Numbered from the stretch's first letter, positions 18,186 through 28,369 are shown. The stretch: 64,000 bases of DNA from Clostridia bacterium (GCA_017937135.1 JAGBEE010000012.1:11250-75249), one strand, 5' to 3'. Notes: generated by a model from the letters alone, not told the origin. A program made the numbers and translations.

Positions 18186-19463
18186 ATGAAAACAGACATT
18201 TTAATCGTAGGTAGTGGAGTCGCAGGACTTTTTTGTGCGCTTCATTTACCAAGTGATAAAAAAATCACTATAATAACAAAAAGGTCGCTTGATAAAAGTG
18301 ATTCGTTTTTGGCACAGGGTGGAATTTGTGTTTTGAGAGATGAGAATGACTATGACTCATATTTTGAGGACACAATGAAGGCTGGTCACTATGAAAACAA
18401 CAAAAAATCAGTCGATATAATGATTTCATCCTCACGCGAGGTAATAAACGACCTCGTATCCTTTGGAGTAAATTTCCAAAAGAAAAATGGAGAATTTCTC
18501 TACACCAAGGAGGGTGCTCATTCAAGAGAAAGAATACTTTTCCACGAGGACGAGACGGGTAAGGAAATTACCTCAAAGCTTTTAAGCTGCGCGCAAGCAA
18601 GAGATAACATAACAATATTAGACCATACAACAATGGTAGATATTATTGAAGAGAATAACACCTGCTATGGCGCAATTTGCCACGATAATGACGGAGAGTA
18701 TTTTTCAATTTATGCCGACTATACAATGCTTGCAACAGGTGGCATTGGAGGTCTTTTCAAGCACTCAACAAACTTTTCACACCTTCGTGGAGATGCCTTG
18801 GCAATAGCCCTAAAGCATAATATTAAATTAAAAAACATAGATTACATACAAATTCACCCAACAACCTTCTACACAACAAAGCCTGAGAGCAGGAGCTTTT
18901 TAATTTCTGAGTCGGTAAGAGGTGAGGGCGCGATTTTGCTAAACTCCAAGGGCGAGCGTTTTGTAAACGAGCTTTTGCCACGTGATGTCGTTACAAATGC
19001 AATTTATGAGGAAATGAAAAAGGAAGGCTCAAGTCACGTATGGCTTTCAATGGAAAGAATACCAAAGGACGAGATAAGAAAGCATTTCCCACACATTTGT
19101 CAGCACTGCCTTGATGAGGGCTATGATCCAACAAAGGAGCCAATTCCTGTTGTCCCTGCACAGCACTATTTTATGGGTGGAATAGACGTTGATGAAAACA
19201 GCAAAACATCAATGCACCGCCTATATTCAGCAGGTGAGGCGTCGTGCAATGGTGTGCATGGTAAAAACCGTTTAGCAAGCAATTCGCTCCTTGAGAGTCT
19301 TGTATTTGCTAAGCGTAGCGCCCAGCACATAAGCGCCAATTATGAGAAAACAAATGATATAAAGGAAATATCAATCGACAAGGAAAAATACAAAAATTAC
19401 AAAGAGGAATACGCCACTTTAGTAAAAGAGGCAATAGAAAGGGAGAAAAGCAAAAATGAATAA
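18186..19463 (+). CDS. nadB: L-aspartate oxidase
   Basis: FAD dinucleotide fold DILIVGSGVAGL and FrdA/SdhA-like core. Start set at ATG 18186 after a GAGG RBS; the track start at 18150 overlaps nadA. Confidence 0.9.
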   Translation: MKTDILIVGSGVAGLFCALHLPSDKKITIITKRSLDKSDSFLAQGGICVLRDENDYDSYFEDTMKAGHYENNKKSVDIMISSSREVINDLVSFGVNFQKKNGEFLYTKEGAHSRERILFHEDETGKEITSKLLSCAQARDNITILDHTTMVDIIEENNTCYGAICHDNDGEYFSIYADYTMLATGGIGGLFKHSTNFSHLRGDALAIALKHNIKLKNIDYIQIHPTTFYTTKPESRSFLISESVRGEGAILLNSKGERFVNELLPRDVVTNAIYEEMKKEGSSHVWLSMERIPKDEIRKHFPHICQHCLDEGYDPTKEPIPVVPAQHYFMGGIDVDENSKTSMHRLYSAGEASCNGVHGKNRLASNSLLESLVFAKRSAQHISANYEKTNDIKEISIDKEKYKNYKEEYATLVKEAIEREKSKNE

Positions 19464-20307
19464 CATAACTATGAAAATGATAGCAGATGAGCTTATTTTA
19501 AGCGCGCTCAAGGAGGATATTACAAGCGAGGATATTACAACTAACTCCGTTATGCCAAGCTACTCCTTAGGAGCAGTTGACCTGATTTGCAAGGAGGACG
19601 GAGTTCTTGCCGGAATTGATGTATTCAAAAGGGTATTTGAGCTTCTTGACAATACAACCGAATTTGAAATATATTTTAACGACGGAGATGAGATTAAAAA
19701 GGGAGAAAAGGTTGGAGTTATCAAGGGAGATATAAGAGTGTTGCTCTCTGGTGAGAGGGTTGCGCTTAATTACCTTCAAAGAATGTGTGGCATTGCAACC
19801 TATACCCGTTCAATAGCAAAGCTTTTACAGGGCTCAAAAACAAAGCTTCTTGATACAAGAAAAACAACACCTAATATGCGTATTTTTGAAAAATATGCAG
19901 TAAAGGTTGGTGGTGGAAACAACCACAGATACAATTTGAGTGACGGTATTCTATTAAAGGACAATCATATAGGCGCAGCAGGAGGAGTAAAGGAGGCTAT
20001 TAAAATGGCAAAGGAATATGCTCCATTTGTAAGAAAAATAGAAATTGAGGTAGAAAGCCTTGATATGCTAAAGGAGGCGCTTGAGGCAGGGGCTGATATA
20101 ATTATGCTTGACAATATGAGCGTTGAGGATATGAAGGAAGCAGTTAAGATGGTTGACGGCAAGGCTGAGACTGAATGTAGTGGAAACGTAACAAAGGAAA
20201 ATATAGAAAGACTTATAAATATAGGTGTTGACTATATTTCAAGTGGAGCGCTTACACACTCTGCACCAATTCTTGACCTTTCACTCAAAAATTTACACGC
20301 GATATAA
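19456..20307 (+). CDS. nadC: Nicotinate-nucleotide pyrophosphorylase (carboxylating)
   Basis: 283 aa QPRTase with LDTRKTTPNMR and KDNH motifs. Overlaps nadB by 8 nt. Confidence 0.92.
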   Translation: MNNITMKMIADELILSALKEDITSEDITTNSVMPSYSLGAVDLICKEDGVLAGIDVFKRVFELLDNTTEFEIYFNDGDEIKKGEKVGVIKGDIRVLLSGERVALNYLQRMCGIATYTRSIAKLLQGSKTKLLDTRKTTPNMRIFEKYAVKVGGGNNHRYNLSDGILLKDNHIGAAGGVKEAIKMAKEYAPFVRKIEIEVESLDMLKEALEAGADIIMLDNMSVEDMKEAVKMVDGKAETECSGNVTKENIERLINIGVDYISSGALTHSAPILDLSLKNLHAI

Positions 20308-20320
20308 TGAGGGAAAATAG

Positions 20321-20839
20321 ATGAGAAGAGACGAAAGAAGAAGAGATATAGTAAATATTCTCTTATCAGGAAAGGAAGCTGTCAAGGGCTCGGAGCTTTC
20401 AAAAAGACTACGCGCTTCAAGACAAATTATAGTGCAGGACATAGCACTTTTACGCGCTCAGGGATACGAAATTATTTCAACACATAGTGGCTACATCATA
20501 AAAGATAATCCTTTAATCACGCGTGTTTTTAAGGTGCGCCACACAAGCGAGCAAACACGGGATGAGCTTGAAACAATAGTAGCGCTTGGTGGCACTGTGG
20601 TTGACGTATATGTATGGCACAAGGTTTATGGAAAAATAGAGGCACAGCTTAATATTTTCTCAAGAAGAGGAATAGAAACCTTCCTTGACGGAATAAAAAG
20701 TGGAAAATCAAGCGAGCTTATGAATATAACAGATGGCTATCACTACCACACAGTAAGAGCAGAATCAAATGAGATTTTGGATATTATTGAAAAACAGCTT
20801 GAAACGAAAAATTATATAGTTGCGGAAAAAGAAGGATGA
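20321..20839 (+). CDS. niaR: NAD-biosynthesis transcriptional repressor NiaR (YrxA-type, HTH plus 3H domain)
   Basis: 172 aa with an N-terminal winged HTH (RRDIVNILLSGKEAVKGSELSKRLRASRQIIVQDIALLRAQGYEI) and a His-rich 3H-type C-domain. Positioned at the end of nadABC. Confidence 0.8.
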   Translation: MRRDERRRDIVNILLSGKEAVKGSELSKRLRASRQIIVQDIALLRAQGYEIISTHSGYIIKDNPLITRVFKVRHTSEQTRDELETIVALGGTVVDVYVWHKVYGKIEAQLNIFSRRGIETFLDGIKSGKSSELMNITDGYHYHTVRAESNEILDIIEKQLETKNYIVAEKEG

Positions 20840-21546
20840 AGATAAAAGCAATATTTTTTGATTTAGATGGCACACTTTTGCCAATGAATCAGGACGAATT
20901 TATAAGTAATTACTTTAAAATGCTTACCCAAAAGCTTAGCGAGCACGGATACGAGCCAACAGAATTTTCGAGAGCTATGTGGCAAAGCATTACCGATATG
21001 ATAACCAATGATGGCACTAAAACAAACGAGGAAGTGTTTTGGAATAGAATGAAAAGCTATTATGGTGAAAAAGTCATAGATGACAAATATATATTTGAGA
21101 GCTTTTATGAAAATATCTTCGATGCATTAAGGGTATGTACCTCACGAGACGATGGAGCAAAAAGAGTAATAGACTTAATTAAGAAAAAGGGAGCAAGGCT
21201 TGTCCTTGCAACAAACCCCGTTTTTCCAAGAATAGCAACGCATAAGCGTATCGGTTGGGCGGGACTTAACAAGGATGATTTTGAGATAATCACAACCTAT
21301 GAAAACTCAAGCTTCTGTAAGCCCAACACACATTACTTCCTTGATTTATTAGAACGAATGAATTTAAAGCCAGAGGAATGTATAATGGTAGGTAACGACA
21401 CAAGCGACGATACACCTGCAAGGACTATAGGAATGAAGGTGTTTTTGCTCACCCCGTGTCTAATTAACACAAAAAACATAGATATAAATGATTACCCGCA
21501 CGGCAGCTTTGATGATTTATGTGATTTTATAAATAAAGAGCTTTAA
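20836..21546 (+). CDS. HAD-superfamily hydrolase
   Basis: Motif I FFDLDGTLL and motif IV GNDTSDD. Overlaps niaR by 4 nt. Confidence 0.8.
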   Translation: MKIKAIFFDLDGTLLPMNQDEFISNYFKMLTQKLSEHGYEPTEFSRAMWQSITDMITNDGTKTNEEVFWNRMKSYYGEKVIDDKYIFESFYENIFDALRVCTSRDDGAKRVIDLIKKKGARLVLATNPVFPRIATHKRIGWAGLNKDDFEIITTYENSSFCKPNTHYFLDLLERMNLKPEECIMVGNDTSDDTPARTIGMKVFLLTPCLINTKNIDINDYPHGSFDDLCDFINKEL

Positions 21547-21553
21547 TAAATTA

Positions 21554-21579
21554 ACAGGCAATAAATGCCTGTTTTTTTG
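21554..21579 (+). terminator. Intrinsic terminator after the nad-niaR-HAD operon
   Basis: ACAGGCA-ATAAA-TGCCTGT is followed by TTTTTT. Confidence 0.7.
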
Positions 21580-21643
21580 TTGACTTATTATTAAGGATAA
21601 GCTATACTTTAAATAGGAAATATATCAAAGGATGAGGCTTTAT

Positions 21644-22912
21644 ATGAAAAAAACACATTATGATATAATTGTCGTTGGTGGTGGGTTCGCTGGTGTATCT
21701 TCAGCAATAGCCGCAGCAAGAGAGGGCAAGGACGTTTTGCTTATAGAAAAATATAATTGCTTAGGTGGAGAGGCATCATTTAATATAGTCATTCCTTTTA
21801 TGCCTTATTGGACCTATGACAAGGAAACAAAGGAAAAAATACCTCTTTCAAGAGGAATTTTTGAGGAAATACTAACAAATATAAGAGCGCTTGGTGGAAC
21901 AAGGAAGGATTGGGACTGTTGCTTTGATGAGGAAATATTAAAGCTCGTTTTAAATCGTATGCTAAGGGCAAGTGGAGCAAGCGTGCTTTATCAAACCACC
22001 TTAGTTGGTGCAAATATGCAAAATGGTTACATGAAAAGCATTACCGTAACAAATGTAAGTGGCACGTATGACATTAGCGCAGATTATTTTATAGATGCAA
22101 CGGGTGATGGCAATTTAGCGACACAGGGTGGCTTTGAATACAGAAAGGGAAGGGAGTCAGATGGGCTATGTCAGCCAATGACTCTGTCATTTAGAATAGG
22201 TAATGTAAATAAGGACGAGTACGAAAAATGCAAGAGCGAAATAAATCCACTCTACAAGAAATTGAAAAGGGAAGGCAAAATTAAAAACGAGCGTGAGGAC
22301 CTTTTGATTTTTAAAACGGCTTTTGATACGGAATTGCATTTTAACGCAACGAGAGTTACAAGGCTTGACCCTACAAAAATAGAGGATTTAACTGAGGCGG
22401 AGCTTATAGCAAGAGAGCAGGTATTTGAAATCTTTAATTTTTTAAAGGACAATTTTGAAGCCTTTAAAAATAGCTACATATCAAAAACAGGAATACAAAT
22501 AGGTGTAAGAGAGAGCAGACAAATAGTGGGTGAATATACTCTTTCTAAAAATGATATAATTTCCTGTAAAAAATTTGACGACTCCATCGCTCTTTGTAAT
22601 TATGATATAGATATTCATAGCCCAGACGGTGAAGGAACAAGTCACTATTACTTCAAAGAAGGAGAATACTACGAAATACCATATAGGTGCTTATTACCCA
22701 AGGGCAGTAAAAATCTAATTGTAGCAGGCAGATGTATCAGCGCTGACCACGAGGCACAGGCTTCCCTTAGAATTATGCCAACCTGTGCAGCAATAGGACA
22801 GGGCGCTGGGATAGGGGCTGTAGTTGCACATGATGATAATGTGCCTGTAAATAAAATTGATATAAAAAAGCTACAAGAGAAGCTAATTTTAAATGGCGCA
22901 AAAATACACTAA
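21644..22912 (+). CDS. FAD-dependent oxidoreductase (FAD_oxidored/GidA-like fold)
   Basis: N-terminal DIIVVGGGFAGVSSAIAAAREGKDVLLIEK dinucleotide-binding motif. Start at ATG 21644 is preferred (purine-rich stretch upstream); 21632 is possible. Confidence 0.75.
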   Translation: MKKTHYDIIVVGGGFAGVSSAIAAAREGKDVLLIEKYNCLGGEASFNIVIPFMPYWTYDKETKEKIPLSRGIFEEILTNIRALGGTRKDWDCCFDEEILKLVLNRMLRASGASVLYQTTLVGANMQNGYMKSITVTNVSGTYDISADYFIDATGDGNLATQGGFEYRKGRESDGLCQPMTLSFRIGNVNKDEYEKCKSEINPLYKKLKREGKIKNEREDLLIFKTAFDTELHFNATRVTRLDPTKIEDLTEAELIAREQVFEIFNFLKDNFEAFKNSYISKTGIQIGVRESRQIVGEYTLSKNDIISCKKFDDSIALCNYDIDIHSPDGEGTSHYYFKEGEYYEIPYRCLLPKGSKNLIVAGRCISADHEAQASLRIMPTCAAIGQGAGIGAVVAHDDNVPVNKIDIKKLQEKLILNGAKIH

Positions 22913-22921
22913 AAACAAATA

Positions 22922-23179
22922 GGGGCTGTCGCATTAAGCGACAGCCCCTTGTTTGTGGATAGTGAAATGAGTGCCCCAAGGCGAGATTCGTACACGTAGG
23001 CGTACTTCGTACGGTAGAGTGCTAGGTCGCGCCTAAAAAACAGATGTTAAAATGAAGAGAGCTTGCAACAAAACCGCAAGCTCTCAACCTTAAAATTTTA
23101 CTAAAATAAATGTTTATACTTAATTTCAAGAGGGAATGTGTCTGTTTATAATCTGCGCTTATTGCAACATCCTCTTTTT
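22922..23179 (+). repeat. Intergenic repeat R2, copy 1 (convergent-terminator module)
   Basis: About 257 bp, near-identical in direct orientation to 38118-38374. Starts with the hairpin GGGGCTGTCGC-ATTAA-GCGACAGCCCC. Contains CGTAC-TTC-GTACG and GAGAGCTTGC...GCAAGCTCTC hairpins. Ends at the stop codon of the ABC exporter. Confidence 0.8.
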
Positions 23180-24929
23180 ATATAGTAGAATAAAGCTTGT
23201 ACAAATCGGCATATATACCGTTTTTATTCATAAGCTCCTCGTGCGTTCCACTTTCCTCGATACCGTTTTCGGTAAGAACTAAGATTCTGTCAGCGCCCTT
23301 AATAGTTGTCAAACGGTGAGCAATAGTTAAGGTTGTCCTTCCCTTAGCTAGGGCTTCAAGCGATTTTTGAACAAGTCGTTCGCTCTCGTTATCAAGCGCA
23401 CTTGTTGCTTCATCAAGAATCAAAATAGGTGGGTTCTTTAAAAACAGTCTTGCTATAGAAATTCTTTGCTTTTGTCCACCCGAGAGCTTAACCCCACGCT
23501 CGCCAACATATGTATTGTATCCATCGGGCAGCTTTGAAATAAAGTCGTGCGCGCCTGACATTTTTGCCGCATTGATTATTTCCTCGTCAGTTGCATTTTC
23601 CTTTCCGTAAGCAATGTTTTCGCGCACACTACCCGAAAAGAGATAAACGTCCTGTTGAACGACACCAATATTTTGTCTCAAGGAATTTAATGTAACGTCT
23701 CTTATGTCGTTTCCATCAATAGTTATTTTACCACTATCAATTTCGTAAAAGCGAGGGATAAGGGAGCATAGAGTAGTTTTTCCACCACCTGATGGGCCTA
23801 CAATTGCAATGCTTTCTCCAGGCTCAATTGTCAAATCTAAATTCGCTAATACATTTCCCTTTGATGCCTCATATTTGAAGGTAACATCTGAAAAAACGAC
23901 ACGCCCCTGGACATTTTGGAGTGCCTTGGCATCTTCCTTGTCCTTAATTTCAGGCTCAAGGTCCATAATTTCAACAAAACGGTCAATACCAGTTAAGCCT
24001 CTTTGAAATTGCTCCGAAAAGTCAACTATTTTGCGTATAGAGGTAAGAAGTGTATTTACAAATAATAGATATGCAATGTAATCTGCTGCGTTTATTTGAC
24101 CATTAACAAGGAAAATACCACCGGCAATAACTACAACTATATACATTATTCCATCGAAAAGTCTTGTTGTTGATTGGAATGCACCCATAACGTGATACAT
24201 TTTCTTTTTAATTGATAAAAATCTGCCATTCCTCTTGTCAAATTTATCTTGCTCAACGTTTTCCTTAGCAAAGGATTTGACAACCCTTACTCCTAAGAGA
24301 GAGTCCTCAATTTGCGCGTTGATTTCACCAGTTTCCTTACGTGACTCTCTAAACGCATTTCTTAATCTTTTCCTAAATATCATAAGTGATAAAACGATTA
24401 AAGGAACTGATGCGAATATGATTAGAGTGAGGGGGACACTCATTGTACATAGAATTGAGAATGATACAATTATTTTTATACCTGAAATGAAATATTCCTC
24501 AGGGCAGTGATGAGCGAACTCGGTAACGTCAAATAGGTCTGTGGTAATACGCGACATAAGCGTGCCTATTTTCGTATTATCATAGTAGGAAAACGACAAT
24601 TTTTGCAAATGAGCGAATAAATCGTGCCGCATATCTGTTTCAATACGCGTTCCCATAATATGACCCGTTGATGCCATATAAAAGTTGGCACACGTGTCGA
24701 TAATTCTAAGACCAATATAAATAAATCCACAGGTTAAAATCAGCTCTACGGTAAGAGGTCTTATAGAATCGCCCGTTGCCGCGTTGGTGATTTCTCTTAC
24801 TATCATTGGAAGAACAAGCTCGCACACGGTTGTTAGCGAGGCGCAAAGAAGGTCGGCAAGTAATATCCACTTATATTTTTTGTAATATGGTAAAAATCTT
24901 TTAATAAGACTAAGCTTACTTTTCTTCAT
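23178..24929 (-). CDS. ABC transporter, fused permease/ATP-binding protein (MsbA/multidrug-exporter type)
   Basis: 583 aa with an N-terminal six-helix TMD, Walker A GPSGGGKTT, signature LSGGQKQR and Walker B ILILDEATS. Confidence 0.88.
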   Translation of the reverse strand: MKKSKLSLIKRFLPYYKKYKWILLADLLCASLTTVCELVLPMIVREITNAATGDSIRPLTVELILTCGFIYIGLRIIDTCANFYMASTGHIMGTRIETDMRHDLFAHLQKLSFSYYDNTKIGTLMSRITTDLFDVTEFAHHCPEEYFISGIKIIVSFSILCTMSVPLTLIIFASVPLIVLSLMIFRKRLRNAFRESRKETGEINAQIEDSLLGVRVVKSFAKENVEQDKFDKRNGRFLSIKKKMYHVMGAFQSTTRLFDGIMYIVVVIAGGIFLVNGQINAADYIAYLLFVNTLLTSIRKIVDFSEQFQRGLTGIDRFVEIMDLEPEIKDKEDAKALQNVQGRVVFSDVTFKYEASKGNVLANLDLTIEPGESIAIVGPSGGGKTTLCSLIPRFYEIDSGKITIDGNDIRDVTLNSLRQNIGVVQQDVYLFSGSVRENIAYGKENATDEEIINAAKMSGAHDFISKLPDGYNTYVGERGVKLSGGQKQRISIARLFLKNPPILILDEATSALDNESERLVQKSLEALAKGRTTLTIAHRLTTIKGADRILVLTENGIEESGTHEELMNKNGIYADLYKLYSTI

Positions 24930-25103
24930 TATCTATTAAATATTTCACTCCTTCCTTGTTATACTAATAAAAGTATTATATAACAAAGAAAACTAAATTT
25001 CAATAGAAAACGATTTAAAAAAATTCAAAAAGGTATAGCATTTTTTTACTTTTGTGATATACTATAGAAAATGAAGATGCTTAATTGCTAAAAGGAGGTA
25101 AAA

Positions 25104-26024
25104 ATGGAAATATACGACCTTAAAACTATGCAACGCTGTGAAATAGATGAGCCTTGTGTGGTTGCGCTCGGTACGTTTGACGGGTGTCATATTGGGCATA
25201 TGTCTATTTTTACCGAGACATTTTACTCTGCTAAAAGAAACAAGATGAAAAGCGTAGTATATACCTTTGACTCGATTCCTAAAAGTCATAAAAATTCAGA
25301 GGTCAGAGCTCTTACGACTCTTAATGAAAAAATCAAGATAATAAAAAAGCACGGTATAGATTACGTAGCAATTGATAAATTTGAGAACGTGCGTAATTTA
25401 TCACCAAAGGAATTTTTCGACAATATTTTAGTAAATACTTTGAATGCCAAAATGGCGCTTTGTGGCTTTAATTATCGTTTTGGCAACGGAGCATTAGCAG
25501 ACCCCAATGACTTGGCTCGTTTTTTTGAAAATATTGGGGGGAGTGTCAAAATTTGCGACAAGGTTATGCTTGAAAACGAGGTTTTAAGCTCGACACTTGT
25601 TCGCTCACTTATAGAAAATGGCGAGGTCGAAAAAACGCTTAATTATATAGCTCCATATAGTATTTTTGCAAGGGTTGAATACGGAAAGGCGCTTGGCAGA
25701 AGGCTCGGCTTTCCTACAATAAATCAAAAAATACCAGATGGAAAGGTTTTACCTAAAAGAGGCGTTTACATAACAGAGTGCGAGCTTGGCGAGGATGTTT
25801 ATCCGTCTATAACAAATGTCGGTGTGCGTCCAACAACTGATGGTGATTATAGCGAGCTCAATATGGAAACGTATATAATTGGTTACGACGGTAATTTGTA
25901 TGGCTCTTGTGTAAGGGTAAACTTCTACAAATATTTAAGAGGTGAAATCAAGTTCGATTCCATTGATGCTTTAACAGAACAAATATCCAAGGATGCAACA
26001 GAGGCAAAAGCATATTTTAAATAA
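25104..26024 (+). CDS. ribF: Bifunctional riboflavin kinase / FMN adenylyltransferase
   Basis: 306 aa with an N-terminal nucleotidyltransferase motif (GTFDGCHIGH) and a C-terminal riboflavin kinase domain (GFPTINQ). RBS AGGAGG. Confidence 0.92.
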   Translation: MEIYDLKTMQRCEIDEPCVVALGTFDGCHIGHMSIFTETFYSAKRNKMKSVVYTFDSIPKSHKNSEVRALTTLNEKIKIIKKHGIDYVAIDKFENVRNLSPKEFFDNILVNTLNAKMALCGFNYRFGNGALADPNDLARFFENIGGSVKICDKVMLENEVLSSTLVRSLIENGEVEKTLNYIAPYSIFARVEYGKALGRRLGFPTINQKIPDGKVLPKRGVYITECELGEDVYPSITNVGVRPTTDGDYSELNMETYIIGYDGNLYGSCVRVNFYKYLRGEIKFDSIDALTEQISKDATEAKAYFK

Positions 26025-26242
26025 AACAAAAAAGGTCTTTTCGTGCCAAATGCACAATTTGCGCCCCAACGGGGTCAGCGCAAAATTAATAAAAGACCTT
26101 TACTTATATCATATGCAAATTTTATAAAAATTATACAAACATATATATTTGATAAAAAATTTACAAAAAATACTTGTTTTTCTATTTATAATATGGTAAA
26201 ATACACAATAGAGAATAATTATAAAGTACAAAGGAGTACACA

Positions 26243-28273
26243 ATGAAAAGAATAATCTCTCTTATTTTGTGCTTGCTGATGATAGTTCCAACTATGGTTA
26301 CTGCTGTTTTTGCAACGGACACAGCTCCCGAAAAGACAAATATTGCCTTAAACGGTAGAACCTATCATTCATCTGTATGGAATAATGACAGTAGTGCAAA
26401 GTTCATTAACAACGGATTGCGTAATCACAGCTATCAGTTTTGGCGCCCCAACTCTATTCAAAGACCAGATGGAGAAGGTGTTAATGATAAGCTTCAATAT
26501 TGCGGTATGTCATTTAATGCCTATTACACAACTGACGAAATACATATATACGCTGATAAATATGGTAGCGTAAAGGGTGGCTTTTGTGCTAAGTGTAAGG
26601 AACAGTTTACTGAGGCTCAGCTCATAAATAAAATTTATGAGAAGAACGATAAGGGTGAGGATGTACTTAAGAGTGGTGTTTGTCCTAACGAGGGCTGTGC
26701 TACAGGTGTAAAGCTAACTTATAATGATACGAATAATATCAAATATACCGTAAAGGTTCTTGTGCAGGGCCAATGGATAGAGGCAGGCGTTGGTTATAAT
26801 AATGACGCTGTTTACTACGTTGAGGATGACAAGGTGGTAGGCAATGTTGGTATCGTTACTATCAAATTTAATAAGGTATTCCCACAATTTGATAGTAAGG
26901 GTAACGTTATAATGAACGGTAATGAAAGAGCTCTTACAACATATGCTACAACAAAGAATATTAAAATCGAATGTACAGAATATGGTTCATATAATTCAGA
27001 CCCCGACTACTTCTATGTACACGACTGGTGGAAGGTTCCGATTATCCACGAGGTTGAGGCTATGGGCTATAAGACTGACGATGAAGGAGACGAGTTCTAC
27101 AGACCTAAATTTGACGTTCCAGAGGGAGCAGAGGTTGTGTCCGACGCAGCTCTTGGCGGAATGGCAAGTGCAACAAGCTCACAGGTGACAAGAAATCCTG
27201 GTCTTGGAAACGACCGTGATTCTGGCTCTTATTGGATGGCTAAGAATAAGGTTACATCAGGCGCGAGTGAAAGCTTCTGGGTTGATTTTGATACACCATT
27301 TACAATAAATACCATTTATCTTAACTTCGGTGGTGTTAAAGAGGATCACGCAAATATAGACCTTACATTTGATATCGAAATTAAAGTAGATGGAAAGTGG
27401 ACAAATGTAACAACCGGTAAAAAGGTAAAAACCTCGCAAGCACTTTGGGAGGCAGATGATCTCTTCAAGCAAGGCTTGGGTGGAGACAAGAAGATTACTG
27501 GTATTAAGATAACGTTTACAAGTGCAAAGCAGGGTGGAGCTGATGCAAAGCCTATTTTAACTGAAATTAGCGCACCTATTACAAATGGTGAGCAATGTGT
27601 ATTCCTTTCACAATATTTAAACGCAAACAGAAAAATTTCCACAGCGCAGGGTAACCTTGCGTGTTATGGTGAGGCTATGGCATCCTCAAATATGGACTAT
27701 TCGGGTATTTCTGACCCATCATATATAAATGATGGTAAGGTTAACCCTAATGACCATTCATGGATAGCAAGGGACTTCTTGAAGGGTACATGGTGTGGAG
27801 TTAAGCTCAAGGAGACTCATAAGGTTTCCAAGGTTGTGCTTTTCTTCAATGACCCAATTACAGAGGGTAAGCCAGAGGAGCATATTATGTCATTTGACGT
27901 AGAGGCTCTTGTAAATGGTGAATATCAGGTTATTGCAAGCGCTACATCTTATGACAAAGACAGGAAGCAAGCAATCGTTTCAGTAAATATTGAAAATCCT
28001 GTAGAAACAAGTGAAATTCGTATAGTATTCCAGTCCTATGGTCTTGTATTCCCATACCTTAAGGAAATGGAAATATATGAAAGTGACTTTGTTTATGGTG
28101 CATATCAAGGATATCCTCTTGACGGTTCAAGAACCTTGAATGGTAAGCCAATTACAGAGGTGTTTGGCGAAAAGACATTGCCAAGACGTTCATTCTATCT
28201 CGATATGATTTCTCCTATTGAGTACTTCGAAATAGTAATGAAATACGGCGTTAATGTATTGGATTTTATTTAA
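26243..28273 (+). CDS. Secreted multi-domain protein with discoidin (F5/8 type C)/galactose-binding-like modules
   Basis: Signal peptide MKRIISLILCLLMIVPTMVTAVFA. At least three segments look like discoidin N-termini (NIALNG...SSVWNND; AALGGMASATSS...SYWMA; NLACYGEAMASSN...INDGK...SWIA). The family call is by resemblance only. Confidence 0.55.
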   Translation: MKRIISLILCLLMIVPTMVTAVFATDTAPEKTNIALNGRTYHSSVWNNDSSAKFINNGLRNHSYQFWRPNSIQRPDGEGVNDKLQYCGMSFNAYYTTDEIHIYADKYGSVKGGFCAKCKEQFTEAQLINKIYEKNDKGEDVLKSGVCPNEGCATGVKLTYNDTNNIKYTVKVLVQGQWIEAGVGYNNDAVYYVEDDKVVGNVGIVTIKFNKVFPQFDSKGNVIMNGNERALTTYATTKNIKIECTEYGSYNSDPDYFYVHDWWKVPIIHEVEAMGYKTDDEGDEFYRPKFDVPEGAEVVSDAALGGMASATSSQVTRNPGLGNDRDSGSYWMAKNKVTSGASESFWVDFDTPFTINTIYLNFGGVKEDHANIDLTFDIEIKVDGKWTNVTTGKKVKTSQALWEADDLFKQGLGGDKKITGIKITFTSAKQGGADAKPILTEISAPITNGEQCVFLSQYLNANRKISTAQGNLACYGEAMASSNMDYSGISDPSYINDGKVNPNDHSWIARDFLKGTWCGVKLKETHKVSKVVLFFNDPITEGKPEEHIMSFDVEALVNGEYQVIASATSYDKDRKQAIVSVNIENPVETSEIRIVFQSYGLVFPYLKEMEIYESDFVYGAYQGYPLDGSRTLNGKPITEVFGEKTLPRRSFYLDMISPIEYFEIVMKYGVNVLDFI

Positions 28274-28286
28274 TCTAAATAAAAGA

Positions 28287-28323
28287 GGGGCTGTCGCATT
28301 AAGCGACGCCCCTTTGATTTTTG
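28287..28323 (+). terminator. Intrinsic terminator; third copy of the R2 leading hairpin
   Basis: GGGGCTGTCGC-ATTAA-GCGACGCCCC followed by TTTGATTTTT. Same sequence as at 22922 and 38118. Confidence 0.7.
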
Positions 28324-28324
28324 T

Positions 28325-28363
28325 AAAAAATATGCACCATCAGGAGCGTTTTGATGGTGCATA
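28325..28363 (-). terminator. Intrinsic terminator of the Gfo/Idh/MocA gene
   Basis: On the minus strand, TATGCACCATCA-loop-TGATGGTGCATA (12-bp stem) is followed by TTTTTT. Confidence 0.65.
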
Positions 28364-28369
28364 CTTGTT

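Noticed and set aside
26031-26101. Nested hairpin after ribF: AAAGGTCTTTT/AAAAGACCTTT enclosing TTTGCGC...GCGCAAA. Also the listed ORF at 26043-26246.
   Set aside because: On the plus strand the hairpin has no U-tract; the T-run lies on the minus strand, where there is no gene to terminate. I therefore do not call it a terminator with confidence. The 67-aa ORF covers this hairpin and an AT-rich promoter region and has no RBS.
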